Positions 1 to 12,521 of a stretch of DNA of 64,000 nucleotides are shown here, piece by piece. The stretch's first letter is position 1. Every line of letters begins with the position of its first letter. The translations under genes were made by a program, and so were the position numbers. The notes under the pieces were generated by a model. That model was not told where the DNA came from and did no database searches. It saw nothing but the letters and a program-made list of their open reading frames with translations. Source of the DNA: Dipteris shenzhenensis (taxonomy: Eukaryota); NCBI GenBank assembly GCA_047967505.1, contig CM106538.1. One strand, given 5' to 3'.

Positions 1-1739
1 ACTTTGACTTCCTTAGGGTCCTCTTATTGTCCTTTGAGGCTATCTCAGATTACGGTACTTGCATTGTATAAAATCCTTTTGCCTCAACCTTGGGTTTCAG
101 AGAAAGGCAATTCTACTTGGCGAATGCATCGCCCAGCCAAGTGGTGGAGAAAGAGATTACGATAGCTTTGGGCCTACAAAACTCCTCTTAGGCAACATGT
201 TTTCTTCTGGCGAGTGCTTCTGGGCATTTTTTCCATCTGGATAGATGTTGGCTTGTAGACACATTGCTCCTGCTCGTTGCTACAGACGCTTGAGTTCTCG
301 GGAGACTGTGCCTCATTTATTCTAGTTCTGTCCATGTTCTCATGAGTTCATTGATTTTCTTCGGTAGCTTTCGAGCAAGATTCCTGGCAACACCATTTGG
401 GAAGTCTTTCTGGCTCTTTGGTTTTCATCCACCCAGACTGGAGTTTCATCTTTTCTTTGTTTGGGTTCGCTATTGGGCACTGTAGACTTTATGGACAGAC
501 AGGAACTGTAAAGTCTTTAGTGATCCTATATTTTCCTTGTTTGGCTTTTTAAAGCGTTCTCTGCAACAATCCTTCTTTGATTGCTTGCAGACGCGCTGCA
601 TAGATCATGATGTATGTCTCACATACACTGAGATTTTCAGCTACCTGCTAATGTAAGCACGCACGTGCATGTCTGGGTGTGTACATGCACGCGTGTGCAT
701 GCATATGTGTGCATGTGTGTGTGTGGCTCATCATCATATTGTCATTGCCACTTGTTAATGATGTCAATCTTCAGGCTAGTCTATGCCCCATATCTTTTGG
801 CATTGCCCTGAATCTTATGATTTCTTGTTGCTATTAACACAAAGGCTTCCAAATCATTTTCTTAGTGCTTGTTTGCGTCTTTGGATGTTTGGTTTTCATC
901 TAGTCAAGTAGGGCTATGATCTTCTCTTTTACTAGGTTCACTATTGGGCACTATGGACTCTATGGAAAGATCGTAACCATCGAGTCTTTGGTCACCCCTC
1001 TTTGGCTTAGTATCACTTCTTCTGAGCATCGTTAAGGCAATGTCTTTATGACCTACATTCGCGGGATTTAGATTATAGTGACGAATGGATGTCACTCTTA
1101 AAAAAATGTGTGTGTGTGTGAGTGCACACACCTACACATGCACATGTGTATGCCCACCCACCCATTTATGTATGTGTTCTTTATAGCTATGGTGTAGTTG
1201 CATACGTGTGTGTGTGTAGAACATAGTGGATAGTGGAGAGCCCATAATTCTAGTACCCATTCTAAAATAGGATGGTCAAATCAAGAGGATTGGTCAATGC
1301 ATAGGAATTGGATAAATGAGCCATCTAATCCTTACTAAAGAAGTGAAGGTGGTAAGTGTGTGCATTTTGTCCCATAAAAAGACGTGTCCTAACAATGTCA
1401 AGCATGACCGCTTGTCCCATTGATAGAACCAATCGGCACCATGAAAAAGGGCAATACTCATGAACTTAAAAAGAAGATAGTATCCATTGGCAACACTTAT
1501 GAGATAAAGAGAAAATCAAGATTATAAAAAACAAATATTCCATTGTCGTGTTATATTATAGTTAGAACCTTGTGCATGGGTGTTATAGGGGTCAATGAAC
1601 CTTCCATGTCTTATGATGTCAAGAGCTGTTCCAAGAAAAAGTAAGGTCTTGATATGAGAGGTTGTAGAAGCACACATGAAAATACCAACAAACTAAAGTA
1701 CATAAGTGAAGCTCGAATTGTAATCGGAAAATTTATCCA

Positions 1740-2045
1740 AAACCTATGAGCTTGAAACCTAAATCCTAGAGAAGTGAATGTAACATGAATGAACCCGGAA
1801 CTTAGAGTATGTAAACCCGAAAGTTGGAACGAGCAAATCTAGAACTTAGAACAAATCGATCCAAAACCCAAGTAGATCTAAAACCCAAGTAGAACAAGCA
1901 GATTCGAAACCCAAGTAGATCCAATATACAAAACAAGTAGACCCACAACAAGTGTTTTTGAAACCTAGAGCCAATAGACCTAGACTAGGTGGATCTGAAT
2001 CATGTGAACTTAAAATCAGAATGACTAAACTCGAAACCTAGAGTA
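1740..2045. repeat. Degenerate minisatellite (AAACCCAAGTAGA(T/A)C-like units)
   Basis: Recurring aaacccaagtaga / aaacctaga / aacttaga units at irregular ~20-bp spacing. Confidence 0.6.
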
Positions 2046-2229
2046 AATGCAACAACCTTGACATATTACATAGCCCTACTTTCATGAGCTCTAATATACA
2101 TGGTCACTTTGGAAATTCCTTTAATCTATTGTGGAATATGCTTGAATGAACTTGTCTCCCCAAATTGGTCAACCCTCTTTTGATGGGAACAATTTTAATA
2201 TGCCACTCCACCCTAATGAGAGGGACCTA

Positions 2230-2480
2230 TTGGCTATCATCGAATCCGTCCATTCGTTTTCTCATCTATACTTCCCATCTACCTATTCTAAAGACACAAA
2301 AAAATTAAAAAAAAAATATATAAAACATACATAGCTTAATCTTAGAGGCTGTTCATGATGTTGACTTCATCGGCTATCACCCAATCCGTCCATTAATTTA
2401 CTCATCCATGCTTCCCATCTACCTATTCTAAAGGCACAAATCATGCCATATATATATAACATATATAACTTAATCTTAGA
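2230..2480. repeat. Diverged tandem duplication (~140-bp unit)
   Basis: ggctatca..aatccgtccatt...cttcccatctacctattctaaag...cttaatcttaga occurs twice. Confidence 0.75.
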
Positions 2481-3895
2481 ATAATCCCTAAGTCCCTTCA
2501 TAGTTTTGACTTCTCATCATTTGCTACACTATTTGGTTTGTAATATGTTCTCAATAATCTATATTTTCTTCTCTAGAGCAACGGTAGTAGGGGATTCACT
2601 CTAGTAGTATTCATTTGTAGTACATTGCTAGTTTGCCTACAAGTTCGAACCCCCCCTTAAGCCTTCAACAACATTTCTTGCCTGAAATTACTCCGACAAC
2701 ACATGAATAATGCTCCCCCTCATAAGAAAAGCATAGCTTCCTCCATGGCGACAAGAACAATCCATTGAGCTCATTTGGAACCCATTGCAATGGATTTCAA
2801 ATAAATTCAAAGTATTATTCATTGCGTGAGTCCTCTTTTTAACTATTTTCAAATTGTTGTTCATATTCTTATTTCCCAAAAAAAAATCTTTGGTGGAAAA
2901 GATTATGGCATATCTAAGGCACGTGTGTGCATATTTACATAGATTTAATGTTTTCTTGAAAGCTATAAGACATAAAAAGACAAATATTGGCATAAAGTCA
3001 TGCATTTTGAAACTATAACATTGTTTAGTCTCTATGAGATTGCTTGTGGAGTTGCACTTGAAGTTGTCATATACGAAAAAAAGGGGACCATCTTTTTGCC
3101 CTTTAACCAGGTAGTTTGTAACATGGTACAAAGATGACCACCAAAAGGTAGCTGAAAAGAAGTCCCACCCATTAAAGCACACAGTGAGGGGAGCTTCTTA
3201 TCTCATTCACACATCAAGCTTTTTTTCTTTTCTAAGGAGGACAAAACATTCATTATTGAACTCAATGATCCAACCTTAAAGCTCTATTCAAGGCAGGCAG
3301 ATGAGGTAGGACCAACAATAAGGTAAGTAGGACCTACAAAAGGCTTAACCATCCAACCCATTGAGCACCCCATTGCTACTAACCAAGTTAAGGAGATGTG
3401 ATGTCTCCCACAAGGCAAGTGCTTACATGAGGCATGAGTTTGGTGAGATTCAACCATGTCAATATCAACCATGATGCATGAGCTCGGGTAACTAGTACTA
3501 CTAAGATTAAGGGATAATGAGTGCCCAAATGCTACTAACCAATTTAACGAGATGATGCAATGCCTCCTACAATATGAATACTTACATGAGGCATGTGAAT
3601 GGTGAGATTCAACAAGCCCCGAACCAAAGTTGAGTTATCTTAATACCAAACTTGACTAGTACAACCTTACCAAACATGAAATTACAAGCCCATTATGTAC
3701 AGACCAGCTCACCACATGAGTTCATTTCACTACTCCTCTGAGGCCATGTTCTTGTCAAGGCTTTGATGCAGCAGGCTCTGTTGGTGTTGTGAGGTGGAGG
3801 AGCTCTTCAATTTTCTGTGCTAGGGCTGGGTTTAAATGGGGTGTCGAATCACTGTTGGGACCTGTGTGTGGGTTGGTGTCGGACAAGTTTCTCTA

Positions 3896-3954
3896 TCGAA
3901 TGAGCTTGCTACAAATCACTCTCAAGGTTCGAATGAGCTTGCTACAAATCACTC
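3896..3954. repeat. Short tandem duplication upstream of the OEP40-like gene
   Basis: tcgaatgagcttgctacaaatcactc occurs twice with 33-bp period. Confidence 0.85.
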
Positions 3955-4481
3955 GGCGCGGCCGATTGATCCCAGTCCTAAAGCTCCCGAGTCCCACGAG
4001 ACACCACGCCGAGTGAACCCGAGTCCCACGAGGCAGTGATTGATGCCACATGGCCCTTTCTTTGGATTGCTCAACCTCCACTTTCAAAAACCCAAACATC
4101 ATTAGGCCCGGCCCTAAGGACTCGTAATAAGCCACCAACATACACACACACAAACACACAGCTACCCATTTTCCAGCCACTGCACTAGTGCGCTCGACCT
4201 TTGCAGAGGCTGACCGCATCATCATCATCCCCCTTTCCATCATCTTACAGATCGTATTTCTTCCTCGCCTCGCAATTCCGCTCTCCTCAATCCCCGCTTC
4301 AAAGCTCACAGAAGACTCATCAGTTCAACACATCGCCAGTGAAGCGGCCATCAGAGTTGTGGAAATCATTGGGGAGAAAAGGAAGAAGCAACAGAAAAAC
4401 CTCAGCAAGGAGTAGGAGGAGGCGGCGGACGAGAGAAAAGACGGAAACAGAGAAGGGAACTGCCTTGCTTGCTTGCTGAAC

Positions 4482-5987
4482 ATGAAATCTTCGCTCCAAT
4501 TTCGCGAGGAGCGATGCCCCTTGCTTCGGGCCAAGCTCCCCTTCACCTTGGGAGGCATCCCCCTCTCCTCCGGCATCGCCTTGGGCAACGGCCAAGACCT
4601 CGCCGTCCACGTTGGGACTTTCTTTCCTGCCGGGCCTTCCTTCAAGTTCGCATTCAAGCCCAATGATCCTGTTAGCCCTTTCTCTCTGATTTTGAAGACG
4701 GGGCTTGGCCTCTGGGGCTCTCCGAATGGCGCCGCTCTTGCCTTGACCGCGGAATTTCACTTTGCTCCTAAAGGTGGAGATCATCCCTTTTTCTCTCTGC
4801 GTGTAAAACCTCGGACCGGAGATTTCAGCGTTAGAAAGGATGTCAATCTGCTGCAGAGCTCACCTAAGAAAGCTCTTGTACCAGTCCAATCGAAAGAGAA
4901 TGGCGCACAGAGCCATGTCAATGGTATACAGAGCCAAGTCCCTCTGCCCAATGGTACCACGCCTCAAAAATTCGACAACGGCACCCTGCCATCTCCTCTG
5001 TCGAACGGAGATACAAAAGGAACTCATAAGCGAAGCGCCGGGTCGGAGAAGGATAAACTTCGCAGCCCCTCTGCCGATTCGAATAACGTAGTGATAGGAT
5101 CTAATTTCTCCTTGAAGATCGAAGGATTGGATAGAGACTGGAAAGGTCGAGGGGATCGGAAGCAGAAAATTGATTGTATCAAAGACCAGGACACTGATTC
5201 TGAGACAGGATTGGGTGGCAATTGCGTGATAGTGGACGTTCCGGATGAAATCCTGCAGGAACAAATGAAAATGGAGCTCCAGAAATCTGGCGAAGCGCGA
5301 TCTATGAGTGTTGAAAACGTCTTTCGAGGCTGCAAAATTGTTGCTCATAGTTCGTTACCTGTAGGTAAGCAAGCCCTGCTCAACGTCAGGTGGGGGGTCA
5401 AACCTCCCCCCGAACTCTTCCAAGGGTGGGAAAGCAGCTGGCCACCCTTTTCTTTCTCCAAATTGCCTTTCCTCCTCCTGGATAAGATCACCTTGCAGAG
5501 TGTTGCTGCAGCTCCGGAGAAGCCTAAAGATGTCTCCCCAGTTGACAATTCAGGGTATTTAGAACGGGGATTGCTACCAGTCAGCTTTGTTGAAGAGAAT
5601 CGAGAGTTAGCTCAGGTAGCGGCTGTATGTTACTCCATGAAGCGGCAGTTACACCTGCTGCATGCGGAGAATAAAGTCCTGAGGAGGGCTATGGAGGAGA
5701 TGAGATCGCAGGTCGAGTATCGGGGGAGCATTGGGGCATGGAAGCCTAGTGGGGATATCCTAATAGAAGAGCAAACCGTTCAAAGGCCTCCACTATTGGA
5801 TGCTCCCATGGGTGGGAAAGGGAGGGAGGATAATCGTCAAGATGTTGAAGTCGGGAAAGCTCAGAGAGATGCACCAAGAAAAGATGCACATGCGGAGTCC
5901 AAAGGGTCCAATTCTGATGTATCAGAAGAATTGAAGAAAGCTATCATGAGTGCCAAGAGTGGCTCTGCACGAGGGATCACTGATTAG
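4482..5987 (+). CDS. OEP40: Chloroplast outer envelope protein 40 (OEP40/At3g57990)-like protein, intronless, 501 aa
   Basis: ATG at 4482. N-terminus MKSSLQFREERCPLLRAKLP...GPSFKFAFKPND..PFSLILKTG.G.WGSP...AEF...KP..GDFSVRK matches my recollection of the At3g57990 family. Also has NVRWGV, LPFLLLDKI, the coiled coil MKRQL..L.AENK.LRRAMEEMR and terminal DVSEELKKAI. Confidence 0.8.
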   Translation: MKSSLQFREERCPLLRAKLPFTLGGIPLSSGIALGNGQDLAVHVGTFFPAGPSFKFAFKPNDPVSPFSLILKTGLGLWGSPNGAALALTAEFHFAPKGGDHPFFSLRVKPRTGDFSVRKDVNLLQSSPKKALVPVQSKENGAQSHVNGIQSQVPLPNGTTPQKFDNGTLPSPLSNGDTKGTHKRSAGSEKDKLRSPSADSNNVVIGSNFSLKIEGLDRDWKGRGDRKQKIDCIKDQDTDSETGLGGNCVIVDVPDEILQEQMKMELQKSGEARSMSVENVFRGCKIVAHSSLPVGKQALLNVRWGVKPPPELFQGWESSWPPFSFSKLPFLLLDKITLQSVAAAPEKPKDVSPVDNSGYLERGLLPVSFVEENRELAQVAAVCYSMKRQLHLLHAENKVLRRAMEEMRSQVEYRGSIGAWKPSGDILIEEQTVQRPPLLDAPMGGKGREDNRQDVEVGKAQRDAPRKDAHAESKGSNSDVSEELKKAIMSAKSGSARGITD

Positions 5988-6597
5988 ACCACAAAATTCT
6001 GTACAGAGATCCAGTATGGCAGCTTTGGCATAAGCTGTCCACCTCAAGTATTGTACATGCCCTGGGTTCTAATGGTCTGTGGGTAGTTTTTGAGCGCTGC
6101 GGTGACTTTTGGCATATCATGCCTTGAGACAAGGGCGATGACCCTTAAATGCATTGCCGTCAGCGTTTCTCTCTTGGGACCTAAAGTAGCTTTGCAAGTC
6201 TTGTAGCTTGGTGAGTATATATGAAAGACCTGTACGTCATATGCGCAGGTGTAGTTGTATCCAAATCTTAGAATCTGTCCTCTGGTTCTAAGGTGACCTT
6301 GGGGAATTGTGTTAACCTATGGTTTCCAGATATTCGCGAAGAAATTAAGATTCGACTGATGAATATGTAAAGGTTTGTGATCTTGGCTAAGGCTGCCTTC
6401 AGAAATAATAGAGGTATTGCTTTACTTCTGTTAGTATGTCACAATGGATCGAATCTTATAGCAGCTTTAGAGATTGTAGATGCTCAAATAGAGCATGGAT
6501 GACTCAATAATCCCTTTCATCTGTACGATGTGTTCCTACATAAAATGTAGAGACAGCTCTTTGTCTGACAAACTAAATAGGTTCTTTTGGAGTTAAT

Positions 6598-6600
<3 letters not shown>

Positions 6601-6630
<30 letters not shown>
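6601..6630. repeat. (AG)n microsatellite
   Basis: Pure AG dinucleotide run. Confidence 0.95.
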
Positions 6631-6632
<2 letters not shown>

Positions 6633-7141
6633 CTCGAAAATGGAAGAATTTGATGATATATTGTCTTCTGTTGGGGTGTTTTTGTCGATTTGGTTTTCCA
6701 TAATTCATTTCAAGTTTATTTAGTATCTTTGTATAATGCAACCTGAATTTTATTATGAGGGCATTGTTATCTCGTCCCTAGTGTGCATGAGGGAGTAAAA
6801 CTGTTTTGACTTTTGGGTGACTATCCGAGGCCAAAAGTCAACAGTTTGCTATTATGAGTATGTTAATCATCGGCCTGATGTTGCAGCCTTCTGGATGCTG
6901 TGATTATTTATACGTTTAGCAGTGCATTGCCCTATCAGCTACATTCTCTAGGATTTTGTGCTTATAACTAAAGTGAAAAACTAGTGGATGAAGAGAACGT
7001 GATCTCCTTGAGTGCGAATGTTCATCATGCCTAGTTGCGTGTCATCTCCAGAGCTGTGACCAGAAACAACCATATAGATGCATGGATAAATGTATGCTCA
7101 TATGGGTGTCTCTTCACCCACTGTTGCCATTGGATGACGTG

Positions 7142-7694
7142 TGTAAACACCTATGGTCACCATATGATGTAGGCCATGTGTATGTGTTTTACTCCATGGT
7201 ACCTCCTGCAGACATTGTGTGCATGTACATGCAGGGGAGATAACCATTGGAAGGTTTTATGTATCCCTTTTGTTTACTTCACACCCTTGGGAACCCCTTG
7301 CTAGCATGAGATCCTAGCCATAGATTTATCCTTGACCACCATGAGATGGCATGAGAAACTATGAGACTAGATGTATCCTTGACATAGCCTGAGGCATTCC
7401 CTTGAGGGGGGGTTTGATGGAATATCTCAAGGTATATGCCCCAGGCACACCTTGGGTTCTATGTGTGTGTGCTAGAGGCACAGTTAGGTGCCCATAAGTA
7501 CTGTTAGGTGGTGGTAGATGCCACATAGGATGATTGAGAGATTCTAGGAGCTGATTGAGGAGATGATTGTCGAGCTTGGTGGCTCATGTAAGAGGTGCCT
7601 ACATATGGACCTCACCTTTCTTCATTCCATAAGCAAGCAAGCAAGCATTCTCATTTCGTGTTCAGCTTCATGCTTTCCTTTCACTTCTTCAACA
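7142..7694 (+). mobile_element. Probable LTR-retrotransposon 3' end remnant (PPT plus LTR-like sequence)
   Basis: PPT-like gaggggggg at ~7404-7412, then ~280 bp ending in ...cttcaaca. No partner LTR or TSD was confirmed. Confidence 0.35.
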
Positions 7695-7719
7695 GTCCTT
7701 GCTATGCATCATTGAGCTG

Positions 7720-7808
7720 ATGGTTTTGATTCTTGTGGGTGAGTTCTAGGATTAAGTACTCTTCTTTTTTGTTTTTCTTTACATGGCCAGTTTGGGCATG
7801 TTCTTGAA

Positions 7809-7858
<50 letters not shown>

Positions 7859-7925
7859 TTTTTGATTCTTGTGGGTGAGTTACAGGGTTAAGTACTCTTC
7901 TGTTTTGCTTTTCTTTACATGGTCA

Positions 7926-7974
<49 letters not shown>
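7720..7974. repeat. Duplicated ~70-bp unit, each copy followed by a (CT)n tract
   Basis: ttttgattcttgtgggtgagtt...ttaagtactcttct...tttctttacatgg occurs twice, followed by (CT)n at ~7814-7854 and ~7929-7974. Confidence 0.8.
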
Positions 7975-7976
<2 letters not shown>

Positions 7977-8011
7977 GTGAGAGCTGATCTTGTAATTCCC
8001 TGTGAGAGCAG

Positions 8012-8956
8012 ACAAATGAAACTAGGTTGGAAGCAGAGTGTATTCTCCTGAAGAAGCTGAAATGGGACATTCTATTCAAGCACTGGAACTGCAGATTTAG
8101 TTTGTTTCAAGTTCATGTTGATGACTGTCATTCGGAGCAGGTCACGAGTGCCATGGTTTGATGGCAATGGTTGATGTCTTTGTGATATTGGGTATGATCA
8201 AAGTGATTATTATTATTTGCTTATTTGAGTGAGTTGTGAGCGTTATGGTTGTCTTGGAGAGTGTCATTGAATTATGCTAGAAAGATTGGAAGTTTGAGTT
8301 CCCTTCTTTTGAAATAAGCTCACATTGTTCACCAATCAGAGTGTTTCTAGTAAAAGGTTGTGCCAGATGAAGTATCAGCAAGCTTTCGCAGGCCTTGGCT
8401 GACAACATACTTCCCACCAGCACATGCCAAAGGAGAGGAGGGGTTTTCTGAATCGATCTGGCTCCCCATTCTCCGATATGCAAGATGGTAATCAATTTTC
8501 TTGGGAGTACTAGTATTGGTTCTTGTTCAGCATGTCTTACACGAAATCATGCTCGACACAGCTGTTTTGTTTAGCCTATTGCAGGAGGAACGACATGAAA
8601 GACATTTGTCTATCTTCCTTTTACCAACATCCTGACTTCAAATTTCTCATGAAGATCATCGACTTTGCAATGCCTGAAGGCTTGCACAAATACTTCATGG
8701 AACGTATGTTCCAAGAAAATAGTGATGACTGTAATTTTCAAGTAGAAGCCTTGGACAATGAGGTTTAATATGGATCCATTAGCGGTTCCATGGTATGCAT
8801 TTAGTGGATCCTATGTGGTGCTTTTGGTGTCATTGCACAATTCCTATTACAAATTTGAAATGCATGAAGGCAGGCTTTGACTGCAAGATTGGAAACAGTC
8901 TAGTGATTGAAGAAAGTCGGTCACAGAGACTCTTGAGCAGGCCCGTAGAATGCCAG
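8012..8956 (+). CDS. Candidate internal exons of an uncharacterised gene (8012-8140, 8357/8367-8487, 8585-8762, 8888-8956); possibly the 5' part of the gene at 21635-24091
   Basis: AG/GT-bounded open segments. 8367-8487 joins 8585-8762 in phase (...LPILRYAR-W-RNDMKDICL...). Two junctions need weaker AAG acceptors, and no homology was recognised. Confidence 0.45.
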
Positions 8957-9039
8957 GTGATTCTGACTTGTAAAGAGGCTGCATACGCTTGATCAAGTTC
9001 TGGCACAGAACCTGACACATAATAGATCATCCGATTTTA

Positions 9040-10170
9040 GTGTGGTGTGCATTTCAAGCTCATTGTTGCAAAATTTAAGCATCATAATAATGTATTAATA
9101 AAGAACATTATTATTTCCTTAAACCTTAAGTCATCTGCTGTTTTCTGAAAAAGCAAGTCAGCAATAGGCACAGAAAGCTTCTCTTTTATATGCTCTCACC
9201 TCTATAGCTGAAAATTTGAGTGGAATGGTGCGGGCCCCGTGTTCTCGCCAGCTAGGTTCTACTCCAAATCCTCTCTTTAACTTTTGTGGTTGGGCCAGCG
9301 AGTGTGTCCTCGCCATATTTGTAGGGATCTTCTACCAAGGTTTCAAGTGGTGCAGTCTCAAGGTTGGTCAAGCAGCAATGCATGTAGTAATGATTTGAGC
9401 TGGTTTGACAAGTGCAACGCTGCATCGTTGTCTTGTTAGCAGTCAGTATAAGGTTGAAACCATTATAAATATGAGAAAGAAAGCAAGCTCAACAGTTGGT
9501 ATGAGCCTTAAAGGTTGAAATCAACGTGATTGAATCATCCAATCCATTGTTATTGTTTTACGACCTTGTTTTCCCAGCTGTCTTTCTTTTGTGGCAATTG
9601 CACAATGCGTAGTTCTTTAGCTTATGTTCACAGTCTCTCAGTTTTTGGCTTCTTAATAGGCACTAGATCTATTTGTGTGGTTAAGTTTCTTTAGTGTGAT
9701 GTGTGCATTTTAAAGTTAATTGACAGATGTTTGAGCAGATGCAATTTTAAGCATCATAACTGTTACATTACCAAAGGGCGTTATTATTTCCATCAAACTT
9801 AATTCAAACAGGCATGTGAGGCTTTGATTTGATGTGCTCTCACACCTATGGTCGAAGGTGTGAGTGGAATGGTATTGAGCCCTTTGTTCATGCTAGGGAT
9901 GACAATTAGAAACTCATTGGTGGATAGATCGTTTGATTTTTGTGCTGGTTCTTCAGGTTTTTGCCATTGAGTAGGTCAGTGATAATCTCTTGTATTGGAA
10001 ATCTAGCTACGTCCTACTCCAAGTCCTTTCCTTTTATAATGTTATAGGGGCACAGCCCGTTGTAGGACAGGGAGTGTACCCTTGCCATATTTTGTGTGGA
10101 TTCTTTACGTATTCAAGAGTTTGAGCTGGTTTGACAAGTGAAACGTTGCTTCCGTATTTTGTTAGGATCT
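9040..10170. repeat. Old diverged duplication (~9040-9440 vs ~9700-10170)
   Basis: Collinear shared blocks: aagcatcataa, ttattatttcc, gagtggaatggt, ctactccaa, gccatattt, tttgagctggtttgacaagtg. Confidence 0.7.
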
Positions 10171-10399
10171 ATGTCAGTTCATGTGATTCTTCACAATTTT
10201 AAGAAAGCAACAAAAGCGTGGTAGCTTGCTATGGATTGAATGATTCGATCCATTGTCTTTGTTACCTTGTTTTATTGATCTGTTTTTCCCACCAATGCAG
10301 TGTCCACAAGGTGTAGCACAAGGAACCCTTGGAGCAACAATCACCATACTGTGAAGATAAGAAATGCACGTGCAAAAGAAGAGAAGAGAAGAGACGAGA

Positions 10400-10530
10400 A
10401 CAAGACTTCGAAGAAGCAAACAACCTTTATGTTCTTTACCTGGTACAATGAATTCAGCGGGCTGCTCCATGTAGATGCGCTCTCGTGTGTGGAGACCTCC
10501 ATATGATGAAGGTGGAGACCAGGGCCTGTG
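10400..10530 (-). mobile_element. Small Ty1/copia reverse-transcriptase fragment
   Basis: RERIYMEQPAEFIVPGKEHKGCLLLRSL matches the copia RT segment IYMEQP.GF...GKE..VC.L.KSL. Confidence 0.7.
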
Positions 10531-10749
10531 CTGAGAGCAATAATCAATCAAAGGGATTTGATTTTGACTACTGCAGCATACATTGTTGTATTATTTGTGC
10601 CTTTGGTTTGCGTGAATCCATGAGCAACAAGCTGCATGTTGCTTGGAAAGTGTGTTCGACGTCCATTCAGCAATCACTTGGATTCAATGCTGCATCATTT
10701 GGGTGGAGGATTGATCGCCTCCCATGCATGGTTGGCTCCTTTGCTGCAT

Positions 10750-12480
10750 GCTAGTGGGAGCTTCTGCAAATTGAGTGCGAAGTCAGATATGGATGTGGTG
10801 ATCCATCATTGGATATGTTGTGGCTTGGATGCTTGGCATGTTCCCTTTCATATAAAATCTAAATTGTAATGGCTTTGAATGTCCTATCAATGCATGTTGC
10901 CCATCACATAAGAAGCCATCGAATGTAACTCTTTGAAATCAGGGACATGGGTTATTAGGAATGGTGCGGGCCTTGAAGATTGACGCATTTGAAAATGATG
11001 CGTTAGGTGTGGGAAAGTGAAAGTCATGCTTGTCTTGAGCTTCTTAGAGAGTTTGCTAAATATGGCATCAATGTCCTCATGTATGACCCACCATAAGAAA
11101 TCCTAGTTGAATCATCTTGAAGGTCCCTAATGTCCCCAAGAGCGATAAAAATGCAAAGTTGCGCTTTTTATTCTCTAAGTTCCCACAATTGTCCAACTGT
11201 AGTTGTAAGTTTTCATGTAGTCATTTAAACTCCATTCGAACACCATCTTATCCACACACATGTTTTGATTGATCTTACCTTGGTGATGATCCAGTGCCTT
11301 TTGTGAATTTCTTGCACGTAGAAGTGCATTGCTGATCTTAGCATACCATCCTTTGCCAGATCACCCTTCTCATGTCTCTCCAACCTCTCTAAGTTTCGTA
11401 CACACATGGACAATGATACAATAGTAAAGTTTGGATCATGAGGTCATAATCCCAATCCCAAGTGACCATATTACCCTTTCCCATGCCCATGTGGAATCAC
11501 TCCTGTTAATGAAACTGACAATTGGGGGCATTTGTCCGTCTCTTTCGATCGCATCCTCAATCTTGGTATTGCTATCTTTTATTGATCCATCTTGTCATGT
11601 ATGATACACAAGTTTTTTTATGGATTCAATTGCAATGTCAAACGCTAGGCATAATAGAGGTTTCTACAGCTTTGTTATTGTATCATGTGACATCGACGTC
11701 GCCTCAATAGTTTATCACGTTCTTGTATACATTTTGTTGCCCCCAACTGTTCTTTGATCTCCGAACAAATGCTGCACTTGGAGTTTTCACTGGTCTTTGC
11801 ATGACTTACATGCTTGGACTTTGTGGTCCATATTCTATTGAACGTGGACATAGACATCTGCTTGTACCCTAGCTGGCCCAAGGTTGTATTAACTTTGCTC
11901 GATATGTCTACTTGCTTATACATGTCCGATATTGGTAATTGTATATTCCTTGACCCATCTTCACCTGTTCGGCTTTTGTGTAGCAATTTATCCACATTCT
12001 TCTCCACAAAGTCTCTCATAACTACTCTTTCAATCTGTGTGATTCCAAGCTTTCCTTAAAACCCCTTTGTTTCCATGGATGGCACTACACACACCTTGCT
12101 TATACTGTCCTCTATACCTATAAAATGAGGTCTTTGGGATGCCATATATCTTGTACCATGCCAGTGTACACACATCCTTCCCATTAACCACAAAATTATA
12201 TCTTCATGTACCCACGCTGTCAACTCGATTTGACGAGTCAAAAATATCATACACAGTGTGCGTGCGTGCTTCCAAGTTGAAGCTCCAAAAGTATTTGCGA
12301 ATCTCTTTTATTGCTTCCCTACTAGTGAGTTAACATTTTTTATCACAGCCACTTGTTAAATATCATCCACACATAACCTCAATGTAGATGCCTTTTGAGC
12401 GATAACCCTAGCCTTCTGATTCACCATACAATACAATCTCTTTTTTTTGTAGATTGAATTCTTGCTTGGGATGAAATCCT
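10750..12480 (-). mobile_element. Degenerate DNA-transposon transposase (Sola-like DDD-type family; boundaries approximate)
   Basis: Minus-strand motifs in order: STFNRIW...SKCSICS, LCIIHDKMDQ*KIAIPRL, LQLDNCGNLENK, LMVGHT(H)EDIDA (frameshifted). Many stops. The superfamily label is inference. Confidence 0.6.
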
Positions 12481-12521
12481 CGCTAGAACACTCTATTCCA
12501 TCAACTCTGTCTATTCACACA

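Noticed and set aside
655-1220. Alternating purine-pyrimidine (Z-DNA-prone) tracts
   Set aside because: Common (GT/CA/GC)n-type simple repeats with no specific signal.
1740-2045. CRISPR-like or telomeric array
   Set aside because: Units are irregular and degenerate, there are no unique constant-length spacers and no tandem TTTAGGG, and the context is eukaryotic with no cas genes.
4473-4481. ORF-track start at 4473
   Set aside because: It is a TTG. The eukaryotic ATG at 4482 matches the family N-terminus.
3789-5548. Many short overlapping or antisense ORFs around the OEP40-like gene
   Set aside because: Shadows of GC-rich coding and UTR sequence with no motifs.
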